DNA from: an uncultured Solirubrobacterales bacterium
GTDB lineage: Bacteria; Actinomycetota; Thermoleophilia; Solirubrobacterales; Solirubrobacteraceae
Direction: 5' to 3'
DNA: 64,000 bases
Assembly (NCBI GenBank): GCA_963833205.1
Contig: CAWHWZ010000003.1
Location: 222,130 to 286,129, forward strand
The position numbers were made by a program, and so were the translations under genes. Numbering within the stretch: position 1 is the stretch's first letter; each line of letters begins with the position of its first letter. Of the stretch, positions 18,587 through 28,565 are shown in pieces. The notes under the pieces are model-generated. The model was not told the DNA's origin. It did no database searches and saw only the letters and a list, made by a program, of their open reading frames with translations.

Positions 18587-20018
18587 AGACGGGCGGACTG
18601 GAGGAGAGCAGCTTCTGCGCGTAGAGACGCTGATCGGCGATGCGCAGCGCCTCCTCTGCGCTGTGTGCCTCTCGCCCGAGCAGCACCTCTCCGTAGCAGG
18701 CCCCGATCGTGAAGTGCTCCCCGCGCTCCAGCAGCGCGCCGGCCAGGTCGGCGGCGAGCTCCGCGGGGTCGCCGGTGACCTCCAGCAAGGCGCAGAACTC
18801 ATCCCCGCCGAGCCGGTAGGTGAACCCGTCGGCACCGGCACGCTGATCGAGCCTGCTGGCAAGGCGCTGCAGCAGCGCATCCCCGGCCGGGTGCCCGAAG
18901 GTGTCGTTGTAGTGCTTGAAGCCGTTGAGATCGAACAGCAGGAATAGCCTCGGGTGCGACACCGTGGCCTGCGTAACGGCCAGCCGCAGGTCCTCGAATA
19001 GCGCCCGGCGGTTGCCGAGGCCGGTGAGCGCGTCGCGGTTGGCCAGCTCGCTAATGGAGGCGATCAGACGGATGTTCTCGGCCGAGGTGAGCAGCAGCCG
19101 CAGCAGGACCGCCGTGAGCGCCGCCACGGCCAGCCAGATCGACACGCCCGCTGCCCCTTCCACGCCCCCGTCCACCAGCACCCCGAGCGCGACCGCCCCA
19201 GCCACCACCGGCGCGGCCACGACAGCCACCAGGGTGTACCGATCGCGCACCCGTCCGCTGTCCGGCTGCCAGGCCGCACACGCCAGGATCAGGGCTCCCA
19301 ACAGCCACAGCGTGTCCAGCGGGGTGCCCGCCGTATAGCCACCGTGCGCTTCCATGTAGAGGAAGAAGCCGTCGGCGACCGCCGTCACGGCAAACCCCAC
19401 GGCGATCAGCGCGAAGGTGCGGTCCACCTGCCAACCGGCGACGGTCAACATCCCCACGACCACCGCCACCAGCAGGACGTCGGCAAGCGGGTAGGCGAGG
19501 TTGAACGCCGCTTCGACGGAGCCGCCGTGTGTCGCTGCCAGCACCGGGGCGAACAGCGCGCTACAGCCGAGCGCGCCAACCGCCAGCATGCCGCTGAGCC
19601 CGTCGAGCCACAGGCTGGCGCGCGGATGGCTGAAGCGCCGGCGCCCGAGTAGCACGATCGCCACATAGGCGCCCAGATAGAAGCCGAGGTAGAGCCCGCG
19701 CTGAACATTGGGCGCCAGCGTTTCGCTGATCGAGGACATCACTTCCCCGGCGGCGTCGCAGGCGAGGCTGAGCCCCAGCGCCAGCCACGCGACCTTCGCC
19801 GTGGCGACCGTCAAGCCGCGCGCGAGGCAGACCGCCGCGCAGCCAACCATCACCGCGTCGTACAGCCAGTCGTCGAACAGCCTGTCGCTAGCCCCCCAGC
19901 CGAGCACCAGCACACTGTGCGCGAGATGCGCGAGCACCATGAAGGCGAGCAGGGCAAGCGCGCCCCTGACCCAAGCCGGCGTGTCAGGGCGCGGCAGCAC
20001 CTGCTTCAGATAGCTCAC
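18519..20018 (-). CDS. Membrane-bound diguanylate cyclase (GGDEF)
   Basis: Multiple TM helices then DALTGLGNRR, FDLNGFKHYND.FGH..GD, RLGGDEF. Confidence 0.9.
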   Translation of the reverse strand: MSYLKQVLPRPDTPAWVRGALALLAFMVLAHLAHSVLVLGWGASDRLFDDWLYDAVMVGCAAVCLARGLTVATAKVAWLALGLSLACDAAGEVMSSISETLAPNVQRGLYLGFYLGAYVAIVLLGRRRFSHPRASLWLDGLSGMLAVGALGCSALFAPVLAATHGGSVEAAFNLAYPLADVLLVAVVVGMLTVAGWQVDRTFALIAVGFAVTAVADGFFLYMEAHGGYTAGTPLDTLWLLGALILACAAWQPDSGRVRDRYTLVAVVAAPVVAGAVALGVLVDGGVEGAAGVSIWLAVAALTAVLLRLLLTSAENIRLIASISELANRDALTGLGNRRALFEDLRLAVTQATVSHPRLFLLFDLNGFKHYNDTFGHPAGDALLQRLASRLDQRAGADGFTYRLGGDEFCALLEVTGDPAELAADLAGALLERGEHFTIGACYGEVLLGREAHSAEEALRIADQRLYAQKLLSSSPPVSNRASEPRRRLTRAGGTPRPAR

Positions 20019-20071
20019 TCATCCTGTATCGGCCGGCGAGCGCAGCCGGTTGAGACGAAATGCCAGGCAAA

Positions 20072-21895
20072 CTAGGCGAGGCGCTGTTCGAGCGCCTTCA
20101 GCTGCGCGTGCAGCTCCGCGGGGAGCCGCTCGAACTTGCCGAAGTGCTCGTGGAGGTGGGGCAGCTGCGCGCGCCACTCCGCGACGTCCACGCGCAACAG
20201 CTCGGCGATGTCCGCTTCGGAGACGTCCACGCCGCGCGTGTCGATGCCCTCGGGCCCCACCGGCGGGACGATCCCGATCGGGGTGTGCGCGGCGGCGCCG
20301 TGGCCGGCGCAGCGCGCGAACACCCACGAGAGCACGCGCGAGTTCTCGCCGAAGCCCGGCCACAGGAAGCGGCCGCTCTCGTCCTTGCGAAACCAGTTGA
20401 CGTAGAAGATCTTCGGCAGCTTGCGATCCGATCCCGCCCGCCCGCGACCGATCTGGAGCCAGTGCGCGAAGTAGTCGGCCATGTTGTAGCCGCAGAACGG
20501 CAGCATCGCGAACGGGTCGAAGCGCAGTTCGCCAACCGTGCCGGCCGCCGCCGCCGTCTTCTCCGAGCTCATGGTCGCGCCGAGGAACACGCCGTGCTCC
20601 CAGTCGAACGCCTCGGTCACGAGCGGCACCACCGTGGAGCGCCGCCCACCGAACAGCATCGCGTCGATCGGCACGCCGGCGGGGTCCTCCCACTCGGGCG
20701 CGATCGCCGGGGTCTGGTCGGCCTTGACGGTGAAGCGCGCGTTGGGGTGCGCGGCGGGCGTCTCGGAGGCGGGCGTCCACTCGTTGCCGTGCCAGTCGGT
20801 GAGGTGCGCGGGCGGGTCGGGGGTCATCCCCTCCCACCACACGTCGCCGTCGTCGGTGAGCGCGCAGTTGGTGAAGACCGTGTCGTGCGCCACCATCGCG
20901 ATCGCGTTGGGGTTGGTGTGCTCGCCGGTGCCCGGGGCAACGCCGAAGAAGCCGGCCTCCGGGTTGATCGCGTACAGGCGGCCATCCTCCCCGAACTTCA
21001 TCCACGCGATGTCATCGCCGATCGTCTGCACCGTCCAACCCTCGAGCGTTGGAATCAGCATCGCGAGGTTGGTCTTGCCGCAGGCCGATGGGAACGCGGC
21101 GGCGATGTACTTGACCTCGCCCTCGGGCGAGGTGAGCTTGAGGATCAGCATGTGCTCGGCCATCCAGCCCTCGTCGCGCGCCATCACCGAGGCGATCCGC
21201 AGCGCGAAGCACTTCTTGCCGAGCAGCGCGTTGCCGCCGTAGCCGGAGCCGTAGGACCAGATTTCGCGCGTCTCGGGGTAGTGCACGATGTACTTGTTCT
21301 CGGCGTTGCACGGCCACGGCACATCGGTGTCGCCTTCGCCGAGCGGCATTCCGACGGAGTGCAGGCAGGGCACGAAGCGCCCGTCGTCGCCGAGCACCTC
21401 GAGCGCCCGCTGGCCCATGCGGGTCATGATCCGCATGCTCACCGCCACATAGGCGGAGTCGGTCAGCTGCACTCCGATGTGGCTCTTGTCCGAGCCCAGC
21501 GGCCCCATCGAGAAGGGCACCACGTACAGCGTGCGGCCCCGCATCGAGCCGGCGAACAGCTCGGCGAGCGCCTCGCGCATCTCCTCCGGGTCGCACCAGT
21601 TGTTGGTGGGCCCCGCCTGCTCCTCGGTGGCGGAGCAGATGAAGGTGCGGTCCTCCACGCGCGCCACGTCGCCGGGGTCGGAGAAGGCGAGGTAGGAGCT
21701 TGGGCGCTTGGCGTCGGAGAGGCGGCGGAAGGTGCCCGCCTGCACCAGCTGCTCGCAGAGGGCGTTGTACTCCTCCGCGGATCCGTCGCACCAGTGGATC
21801 GACTGCGGTTCGGTGAGGGAGGCGACCTCCTCGACCCACTCCAGCAGGCGCTTGTTTTCGGTGGGGGCGTCTGGGATGGCTGTGGTTTCCATCAC
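20072..21895 (-). CDS. pckG: Phosphoenolpyruvate carboxykinase (GTP)
   Basis: [51 protein letters not shown]. Confidence 0.96.
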   Translation of the reverse strand: MMETTAIPDAPTENKRLLEWVEEVASLTEPQSIHWCDGSAEEYNALCEQLVQAGTFRRLSDAKRPSSYLAFSDPGDVARVEDRTFICSATEEQAGPTNNWCDPEEMREALAELFAGSMRGRTLYVVPFSMGPLGSDKSHIGVQLTDSAYVAVSMRIMTRMGQRALEVLGDDGRFVPCLHSVGMPLGEGDTDVPWPCNAENKYIVHYPETREIWSYGSGYGGNALLGKKCFALRIASVMARDEGWMAEHMLILKLTSPEGEVKYIAAAFPSACGKTNLAMLIPTLEGWTVQTIGDDIAWMKFGEDGRLYAINPEAGFFGVAPGTGEHTNPNAIAMVAHDTVFTNCALTDDGDVWWEGMTPDPPAHLTDWHGNEWTPASETPAAHPNARFTVKADQTPAIAPEWEDPAGVPIDAMLFGGRRSTVVPLVTEAFDWEHGVFLGATMSSEKTAAAAGTVGELRFDPFAMLPFCGYNMADYFAHWLQIGRGRAGSDRKLPKIFYVNWFRKDESGRFLWPGFGENSRVLSWVFARCAGHGAAAHTPIGIVPPVGPEGIDTRGVDVSEADIAELLRVDVAEWRAQLPHLHEHFGKFERLPAELHAQLKALEQRLA

Positions 21896-21901
21896 GGGAG
21901 C

Positions 21902-22408
21902 CTATCGCGCCGCGGGCTGGCGGGGCACGAGCACCAGACGCTTAAACTCCGCCACCAGCACCCCATCCTGGTTGAGCACGCGGGTGTGCACCTTGACCGT
22001 GCCGCGGTCGGGCTTGGACTGCGACTCGCGCTTCTCCAGCACCTCCGACTCGCAGAACAGCGTGTCGCCGTGGAACACCGGAGCGGGGTGCTTGAGTTCT
22101 TCGGTGGCGAGATTGGCGATCGCCTTGCCGCTCACGTCGCTGACCGACATCCCCAGCGCCAACGAGTACACGAGCGGGCCGACCACGACGTTGCGCCCCT
22201 GCTGAGACTTGTGGGCGTACACATCGTTGATGTGCAGCGGGTGGTGGTTCATGGTGATCAGGCAGAAGAGGTGGTCGTCGGCCTCGGTGACGGTCTTCGC
22301 CGGCCAGTGCTTGTAGACGTCGCCGACCTCGAACTCCTCCAGGTAGCGGCCGTAGGGGTGGGCGCCGCTCGCCTCGCGCGCGGCCTGGTCGGTCTCGAAG
22401 CTGGTCAT
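21902..22408 (-). CDS. MaoC family (R)-hydratase
   Basis: GRYLEEFEVG, TVTEADDHLF...MNHHPLH, PVFHGDTL. Confidence 0.88.
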   Translation of the reverse strand: MTSFETDQAAREASGAHPYGRYLEEFEVGDVYKHWPAKTVTEADDHLFCLITMNHHPLHINDVYAHKSQQGRNVVVGPLVYSLALGMSVSDVSGKAIANLATEELKHPAPVFHGDTLFCESEVLEKRESQSKPDRGTVKVHTRVLNQDGVLVAEFKRLVLVPRQPAAR

Positions 22409-22484
22409 CGCTGTACTCACGTATGCACTCTCCTGTTTTTTTTGAGGATATCCGCGGAAATCATCGCGCACGGCGGCGGCCAAT

Positions 22485-23585
22485 ATGATCAACGGCATGC
22501 GAAACCCTCGAGACTTCTTCAAGCCCCTGGCGATCGACGCGCCCGAGCCGGCGCGAGAGATCCCCTTCAAGCCCTCCCGGATGATCCACTTCCTGGACTT
22601 CTCCAACGAGAAGATGGTGGCGAAGGTGCCCGACATCGCCCCCACGGTGGACATCCTGCTCGGCAACCTCGAGGACGCGGTGCCGCTCGATCGCAAGGAG
22701 GCCGCCCGCGAGGGGCTGATCAAGGTGGGCAGGGAGATGGACCTCGGCGACACCGCGCTGTGGACGCGCGTCAACGAACTGGCCTCCCCCTACTTCCTCG
22801 ACGACATCACGCGGATCGTCGGCGAGATCGGCGAGAAGATCGAGGTGGTGATGGTGCCGAAGGTGGAGGGCCCGTGGGACATCCATTACGTCGATCGCCT
22901 GCTGGCCCAGCTGGAGGCCAAAGCGGGCATCACGCGCCCGATCCTCGTGCACTGCGTGCTGGAGACCCACCTCGGGGTGGCCAACCTGGAGGAGATCGCC
23001 GCCGCCTCCCCCCGCATCCAGGGGATGAGCTTCGGCCCCGCCGACCTCGCGGCCTCGCGGCGGATGAAGACCACCCGCGTGGGCGGCGGGCACCCCGGTT
23101 ACCGCACGATCGCCGACCCCGACCCCGAGAACCCCGACGCCCCCCGCCCCAGCTACCAGCAGGACCCCTGGCACTACTCGATCGCCCGCATGGTCGACGC
23201 CTGCACCGCCGTGGGCGCGCTCCCCTTCTACGGCCCCTACGGCGACATCAAGGACGTGGAGGGCTGCGAAGCGCAGTTCCGCGCCTCCTTCCTGCTCGGC
23301 TGCGTCGGCGCCTGGTCGCTGCACCCCGTGCAGATCGGCATCGCCAAGAAGGTCTACTCGCCGGACCCCGAGGAGGTGGCGTTCGCCAAAAAGGTGATCG
23401 AGGCGATCCCCGACGGCCGCGGCGTGCACATGATCGACGGCAAGATGCAGGACGACGCCACCTGGAAGCAGTGCCAGGTGATGGTAAAACTCGCGGAAAT
23501 GCTGGCCCGCAAGGATCCCGAGCTGGCAGCGGCGTACGGGTTCGCGGAGGCCGATACACCGCAGCCGGCCGGGGCAGGCGTGTAG
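22485..23585 (+). CDS. mcl: CitE family CoA-ester lyase, malyl-CoA/beta-methylmalyl-CoA lyase type
   Basis: [55 protein letters not shown] resemble Chloroflexus-type Mcl. Confidence 0.82.
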   Translation: MINGMRNPRDFFKPLAIDAPEPAREIPFKPSRMIHFLDFSNEKMVAKVPDIAPTVDILLGNLEDAVPLDRKEAAREGLIKVGREMDLGDTALWTRVNELASPYFLDDITRIVGEIGEKIEVVMVPKVEGPWDIHYVDRLLAQLEAKAGITRPILVHCVLETHLGVANLEEIAAASPRIQGMSFGPADLAASRRMKTTRVGGGHPGYRTIADPDPENPDAPRPSYQQDPWHYSIARMVDACTAVGALPFYGPYGDIKDVEGCEAQFRASFLLGCVGAWSLHPVQIGIAKKVYSPDPEEVAFAKKVIEAIPDGRGVHMIDGKMQDDATWKQCQVMVKLAEMLARKDPELAAAYGFAEADTPQPAGAGV

Positions 23586-23643
23586 CGGACGGCTCTTCTT
23601 GTCATGATTTCACTGGATACATACACTTTGCTATGCTTTGTGC

Positions 23644-23892
23644 ATGGCACAAGTGGTAACTCGTCTTGACGACAAACTCGTCGCCGATCTCGACGATCTG
23701 GTAGCCGAGGGCTTTGTGGCCAGTCGCTCGGAGGGTGTGCGCGTCGCGCTTGAGAAGCTGCTGGATGAGCAGCGAAGGGCCCGGATAGGAGCCGAAATCG
23801 TCGCGGGGTACGAACGTCAGCCCCAGACCGACGAAGAGCTCGCCGGCCTTGATGCCGCCACGCGTGCGTTGATCGAAGAGGAACCCTGGTGA
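23644..23892 (+). CDS. Ribbon-helix-helix antitoxin
   Basis: MAQVVTRLDD..VA.LD.LV..G...SRSE.VR.AL; EEPW end overlapping the toxin. Confidence 0.85.
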   Translation: MAQVVTRLDDKLVADLDDLVAEGFVASRSEGVRVALEKLLDEQRRARIGAEIVAGYERQPQTDEELAGLDAATRALIEEEPW

Positions 23893-24200
23893 GCTTCCCC
23901 CGGCAGGGGGAGATTTGGTGGGCTGAGACCGAAGACGCGCGGCGTCCCGTCCTTGTGGTGACGCGCTCTGAGGCCGTGCCGGTACTGACGGGGATCGTGG
24001 TGGCACCGATCACGCGCACCGTACGCTATATCTCAACCGAGATCGCGCTTGGTCCCGATGAGGGTCTCGCGGTCGAGTGCATCGCGTCATTCGACAACCT
24101 GCAGCGCATCCGGCGCTCGACGCTCACCGAGCGCGCTGGAGAGCTCGGCATCCGCGCCCCCGAGCTGTGCGGTGCGCTGCGAGCCCTCGCCGACTGCTGA
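23889..24200 (+). CDS. mazF: PemK/MazF family toxin
   Basis: PRQGEIWWA...RRPVLVVTR...VVAPITRT. Confidence 0.88.
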   Translation: MSFPRQGEIWWAETEDARRPVLVVTRSEAVPVLTGIVVAPITRTVRYISTEIALGPDEGLAVECIASFDNLQRIRRSTLTERAGELGIRAPELCGALRALADC

Positions 24201-24221
24201 GCGTGTAGGCTTCCGCGCCGC

Positions 24222-25433
24222 ATGAGGTTCTTCGAGTTCGAGGCGCGCGAGGTCATCAAGCGCGCCGGCATCCCCGTCACCGACTACGGCTTCACGACCG
24301 ACCCCGCCGAGGCCGGCGAGATCGCGCGGCGGATCGGGGGTCCCACCGTGATCAAGTCGCAGGTGCTCACCGGAGGGCGGATGAAGGCCGGGGGGGTCAA
24401 GTTCGCCGACACGCCGGAGGAGGCCGAAGGCCATGCGCGCGACATCCTGGCGCTGGAGATCAACGGGCACATGCCGCGCGGGGTGCTGGTCGATCCCAAG
24501 GCGGAGGTCGAGCAGGAGTACTACGCCGGGGTGGTGTGGGATGGGATCCGCAAGCAGCCGGTTATGATCTTCTCGCCCGTGGGCGGCATCGACATCGAGC
24601 AGGTGGCCGAGGAGCAGCCCGAGAAGGTGGGGCGCCGGCACTTCTCCAACATCCTGCCGTTCAGCGAGTTCCAGGCCAAGGAGGTGATCGCCTGCACCGG
24701 CGTCACCGGCTCGGCGCTGAACAAGCTTGTCCCGATCCTCACGCGGCTGGCGAAGCTGTTTGTGGCCAACGACATGGTGCTGGCCGAGATCAACCCGCTC
24801 GGCCGGCTGGCCGACGGCTCGTTTGTGGCGCTGGACGCGCACATGGACATCGAGAACGAGGCTCGGGGGCGCCACAAGCGGCTGCTATCGGAACTCGGCG
24901 TGGGCGAGGAGGAGACCCGCCAGGCGCGCGAGGCCACCCCTTTCGAGCTCGCCGGCGAGGAAGTCGACGCGCAGGATCACCGCGGCGTGGCCGGCAACGT
25001 CACCGAGTTCGACGGCAACCTCGGCCTCGTGATCGGCGCGGGCGGCGGCTCGCTGACGCTGTTTGACGCGGTGCGCGCGCACGGCGGCCACCCGGCCAAC
25101 TACTGCGAGATCGGCGGCAATCCCTCGGTCGCCAAGGCGTGCGGGCTGGCCAAGCTGGTGCTTTCCAAGCCGGGCGTGGACAAGATCGCGGTGATGATGT
25201 CGATCGTTTCCAACACGCGCGTGGACATCGTCGCGCGCGGCGTGATCAAAGCGTGCCTGGAGCTCGGCCACGACCCGGCTGAGAAGATCGCGATCTTCCG
25301 CATCCCCGGCGCGTGGGAGGAGGAGGGCTTCAAGATCCTCCAGAAGTACGGCGTCGACTACGCCGACCGCTCGGTGTCGCTTAACGAGGCGGCGCGACGG
25401 GCTGTCGAGAAGATCCAGGGAGTGGTGGCCTGA
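24222..25433 (+). CDS. ADP-forming acyl-CoA ligase beta subunit (SucC/MtkA-like)
   Basis: VIKSQVLTGGRMKAGGVK ATP-grasp, GGIDIE, EINPL, GG.PANY.EIGG; ligase domain divergent from canonical SucC. Confidence 0.85.
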   Translation: MRFFEFEAREVIKRAGIPVTDYGFTTDPAEAGEIARRIGGPTVIKSQVLTGGRMKAGGVKFADTPEEAEGHARDILALEINGHMPRGVLVDPKAEVEQEYYAGVVWDGIRKQPVMIFSPVGGIDIEQVAEEQPEKVGRRHFSNILPFSEFQAKEVIACTGVTGSALNKLVPILTRLAKLFVANDMVLAEINPLGRLADGSFVALDAHMDIENEARGRHKRLLSELGVGEEETRQAREATPFELAGEEVDAQDHRGVAGNVTEFDGNLGLVIGAGGGSLTLFDAVRAHGGHPANYCEIGGNPSVAKACGLAKLVLSKPGVDKIAVMMSIVSNTRVDIVARGVIKACLELGHDPAEKIAIFRIPGAWEEEGFKILQKYGVDYADRSVSLNEAARRAVEKIQGVVA

Positions 25434-26416
25434 TGTCGATTTTGATCGACGCCGACACCACGTTCATCGTGCAGGGCATCACCGGCCGCGAGGCGGTCAA
25501 CCTGACGCGCGAGTGCCTGGACTACGGCGCCGGCGCGAAGGTGGTCGGCGGGGTCACCCCCGGGCGGTTGGGCCGCGAGGTTCACGGCGTGCCCGTGTTC
25601 GACACCGTCGCGCAGGCCGTCGCCCACCACGGCGCGCCGATCCACGGCTCGGTGGTGACGGTGCCGCCGGCGTTTACGAAGGACGCCGTGTTTGAGGCGA
25701 TCGAGAACGGGATCAAGCTGATTGTGATCGTCACCGAGCGCATCCCCCGGGCCGATGTCGCACAGATGGTCGAGCTGGCGACGCTGCGCGGCGCGCGCAT
25801 CATCGGCCCCAACTGCCTCGGGATCATCGTGCCCGACGTGATCAAGATGGGCGGCATCGGCGGCCCCGCGAAGAACGCCGCGCAGGCCTACACACCCGGG
25901 CCGATCGGCGTGATCTCGCGCTCGGGCGGGATGACCACGGAGATGTCCTCCACGCTGTCCGCCGCCGGCCTCGGGCAGTCCACCGCCGTGTCGATCGGCG
26001 GCGACGCCATCATCGGCTCCACCTACGCGGAGCTGATGCCGCTGTTCGAGGCCGACCCGCACACGCGGGGGATCGTGATCTACACCGAGCCCGGCGGACG
26101 CATGGAGGCCGAGCTGGCGCGCTGGGTCACCGAGCACTCCTCGCGCCTGCCCGTGGTGGCGTTCATGGCGGGGCGCTTCATGGATGAGATGCCGGGCATG
26201 AGCTTCGGCCACGCCGGCACGATCGTGGAAGGCAAGGAGGACACCGCCTCGGAGAAGATCGCCCGCCTGGCCGCCGCCGGCATCACGGTGGCAGAGCGGA
26301 TCGAGGAGATCCCGGGGCTGATCCAGTCCAAGATCGCCGAGCGCGCCGCCGGGGCGACGGGCGCCGGGTCAGCGGGCGCGGGACCGGCGGTATCGGCTGC
26401 GGGGAGCGCCGCATGA
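25433..26416 (+). CDS. ADP-forming acyl-CoA ligase alpha subunit (SucD/MtkB-like)
   Basis: IVQGITG, GGVTPG, IIGPNCLG, SRSGG, GQST.V.IGGD, phospho-His FGHAG. Confidence 0.88.
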   Translation: MSILIDADTTFIVQGITGREAVNLTRECLDYGAGAKVVGGVTPGRLGREVHGVPVFDTVAQAVAHHGAPIHGSVVTVPPAFTKDAVFEAIENGIKLIVIVTERIPRADVAQMVELATLRGARIIGPNCLGIIVPDVIKMGGIGGPAKNAAQAYTPGPIGVISRSGGMTTEMSSTLSAAGLGQSTAVSIGGDAIIGSTYAELMPLFEADPHTRGIVIYTEPGGRMEAELARWVTEHSSRLPVVAFMAGRFMDEMPGMSFGHAGTIVEGKEDTASEKIARLAAAGITVAERIEEIPGLIQSKIAERAAGATGAGSAGAGPAVSAAGSAA

Positions 26417-26670
26417 GAGCCGACGGCACCTTCATCGCGGTCGAGGTGGACGACGCCGCCGCCTCCGACGGCGAGCTCGCCCGTAAGCTGGCAGAGGCCT
26501 GCCCGGTGGACATCTTCGCCCAGGGCAACGACGGCCGCCTCGAATTGGCGCGGCGCAACCTCGACGAGTGCGTCCTCTGCCGCCTCTGCCTCGACGCCGC
26601 GGGCGGGTGGGGCTCGGATACAGCCGTGAGGATCATCAAGCTGTACGATGGCGGCGCGTTGCTCGCCTAG
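26413..26670 (+). CDS. Small ferredoxin-like protein
   Basis: EACPVDIF and CVLCRLC motifs; ATGA overlap with upstream gene. Confidence 0.7.
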   Translation: MRADGTFIAVEVDDAAASDGELARKLAEACPVDIFAQGNDGRLELARRNLDECVLCRLCLDAAGGWGSDTAVRIIKLYDGGALLA

Positions 26671-26712
26671 GTGAGCCTCCAACCGCGGCATCCTCTACTG
26701 TATGGAAGCGTC

Positions 26713-26802
26713 ATGAACGAGAATTTCTCCCTGATCGTGATGTCCATCTTCCTGATCGCCACGATCCTGTTTTTGGCCGATCAGATCCTCTCCTACCACT
26801 GA
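26713..26802 (+). CDS. Putative 29-aa single-TM small protein
   Basis: MNENFSLIVMSIFLIATILFLADQILSYH; mostly C/G third positions; GGAAG upstream. Confidence 0.4.
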   Translation: MNENFSLIVMSIFLIATILFLADQILSYH

Positions 26803-26862
26803 GCGGGTAGCGCGCTCCGCAGCCTCCGGCGAGGGGCGCCACAAGGACTGCGCATCTCTCCC

Positions 26863-27231
26863 CTAGCTCCTGGCGCGGCGGACGCGCTGGCGCTCCTGCT
26901 GGCGCTCCACCACGTTGACGATCAGCTTCAGGAACTGCTCCGGTCCCGACGCCTTCGCCTGGCCGTACGTGAACGCCTCGATCCAGTCCGCCACTTTGGC
27001 TTCGCGCGCCATCACGTTGAAGAACTCGCGGCGCATGTCCACGCGCAGGCGCGCATCGCCCGCCGGGCCCTTGGTCACCTTGATCTCGGGCATCTCCAGC
27101 CGGAAGTGCTGCACGTCGCCGCGCCCTCGCAGTTCCACCCCGACCACCAGCTTGATCGGCTCCAGCGCCGGCACCTCGCGGATGAACCTGCGCACCGCGA
27201 GTTCGATCAACCCCTTGGCGTCTTCTGCCAT
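26863..27231 (-). CDS. Hypothetical protein (possible SCP2-like fold)
   Basis: GGAG RBS; pattern ...ARLRVDM....F..M......W.EAFTYGQAKASG. Confidence 0.65.
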   Translation of the reverse strand: MAEDAKGLIELAVRRFIREVPALEPIKLVVGVELRGRGDVQHFRLEMPEIKVTKGPAGDARLRVDMRREFFNVMAREAKVADWIEAFTYGQAKASGPEQFLKLIVNVVERQQERQRVRRARS

Positions 27232-27312
27232 ACATCTCCTCCTGTCCGCCGCTCCCGCTGCCCATAGCCTACACGCCTACCAAATATCTTCACGATTGCA
27301 CTCCTCCGGCGG

Positions 27313-28527
27313 TTACAGCTTGTGGCGCTGCAGCAGCTTGCGCCCGATCACCATCCGCTGGATCTCCGAGGTGCCCTCGCCGATCAGCAGCAGCGGGGCG
27401 TCGCGGTAGAGACGCTCGATCTCGTACTCCTTGGAGTACCCGTACCCGCCGTGGATCCGCAGCGACTCCTCCACGCAGAAGCGGCCCGCCTCGGAGGCAA
27501 ACAGCTTCGCCATCCCCGCCTCCAGGTCCGAGCGCTCACCCGCGTCCTTCAGCCGCGCCGCGCGCAGCGTCAGCAGGCGCGCCGCATCCACCTGCGTCGC
27601 CATGTCGGCCAGCTTGAACTGGATCGCCTGGTGCTCGGCGATCGGCTTGCCGAACGTCTTGCGCTCCTGGGAGTATTTCAGCGCCAGCTCCATCGCCCGC
27701 TGCGCGATCCCCACGCCACGCGCCGCCACGTTCACGCGGCCGACCTCCAGCGCGTCCATCATCTGCGAGAAGCCCTTATTCAGACCCGCCTGCTCACCGC
27801 CCAGCACGTTCTCGGCCGGGCAGCGATACCCGTCGAACACCAGCTCGGTGGACTCCACGCCCTTGTAGCCCATCTTCTTGATCTTCGGCGGCACCGTCAG
27901 GCCGGCGTACTCGCCCGAGTTCTCGCCCACGCCGGGCTCTTTCTCACAGATGAAGCAGGTCATCCCACGGTGGCGCGGCTCGGCGTCAGGGTCGGTCTTC
28001 ACGAGGGTGAACACCAGCGTGGAGCGCAACCCGTTGGTTACCCACATCTTCTGGCCGTTGATCTCGTACTGCCCGTCCTCGCCCTTCTTGGCGGAGGTTT
28101 TGATCGCCTGCACGTCGCTGCCGAGCTCGGGCTCCGACAGCGAGAAGGCCGCCCGGATCTCCCCCGTGGCCATCCGCGGCAGGTACTTCTGGCGCTGCTC
28201 CTCGTTGCCGAACTTCATCAGCAGGTAGCTGCCGATGAAGTGGGTGTTGACCACCCCCGAGATCGAGATCCACCCGCGCGAGAGCTCCTCCACGATCATC
28301 GCGTAGGTGGTCAGGTCCAGCCCCATCCCGCCGTACTCCTCGGGGATCGTCACCCCGAACAGCCCCAGCTCCTTCATCTGCTCCACGATCGGCTCCGGGA
28401 AGGAGTCCTCGTGGTCGAAATGCTCGGCGTTGGGGATGATCTGCTCGTCGGCGAACTGGCGCACCATCTCGGTGATCGCCTTCTGCTCGTCGGTCTTCTC
28501 GGTGTACGGCGAGGGGGCTACAGCCAT
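27313..28527 (-). CDS. Acyl-CoA dehydrogenase
   Basis: LFGVTIPEEYGG.G, FSLSEPELGSD, INGQKMWVTNG, R.TFGKPI, HGGYGY, IGEGTSEIQ. Confidence 0.93.
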   Translation of the reverse strand: MAVAPSPYTEKTDEQKAITEMVRQFADEQIIPNAEHFDHEDSFPEPIVEQMKELGLFGVTIPEEYGGMGLDLTTYAMIVEELSRGWISISGVVNTHFIGSYLLMKFGNEEQRQKYLPRMATGEIRAAFSLSEPELGSDVQAIKTSAKKGEDGQYEINGQKMWVTNGLRSTLVFTLVKTDPDAEPRHRGMTCFICEKEPGVGENSGEYAGLTVPPKIKKMGYKGVESTELVFDGYRCPAENVLGGEQAGLNKGFSQMMDALEVGRVNVAARGVGIAQRAMELALKYSQERKTFGKPIAEHQAIQFKLADMATQVDAARLLTLRAARLKDAGERSDLEAGMAKLFASEAGRFCVEESLRIHGGYGYSKEYEIERLYRDAPLLLIGEGTSEIQRMVIGRKLLQRHKL

Positions 28528-28565
28528 GTCTCGGGCGCTCCAGGTGGTAGGGGGTCGGCGGGGAC

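Noticed and set aside
20060-23659. 1199-aa plus-strand ORF
   Set aside because: Antisense or off-frame shadow of pckG, the MaoC gene and mcl, typical of high-GC DNA; no domain motifs
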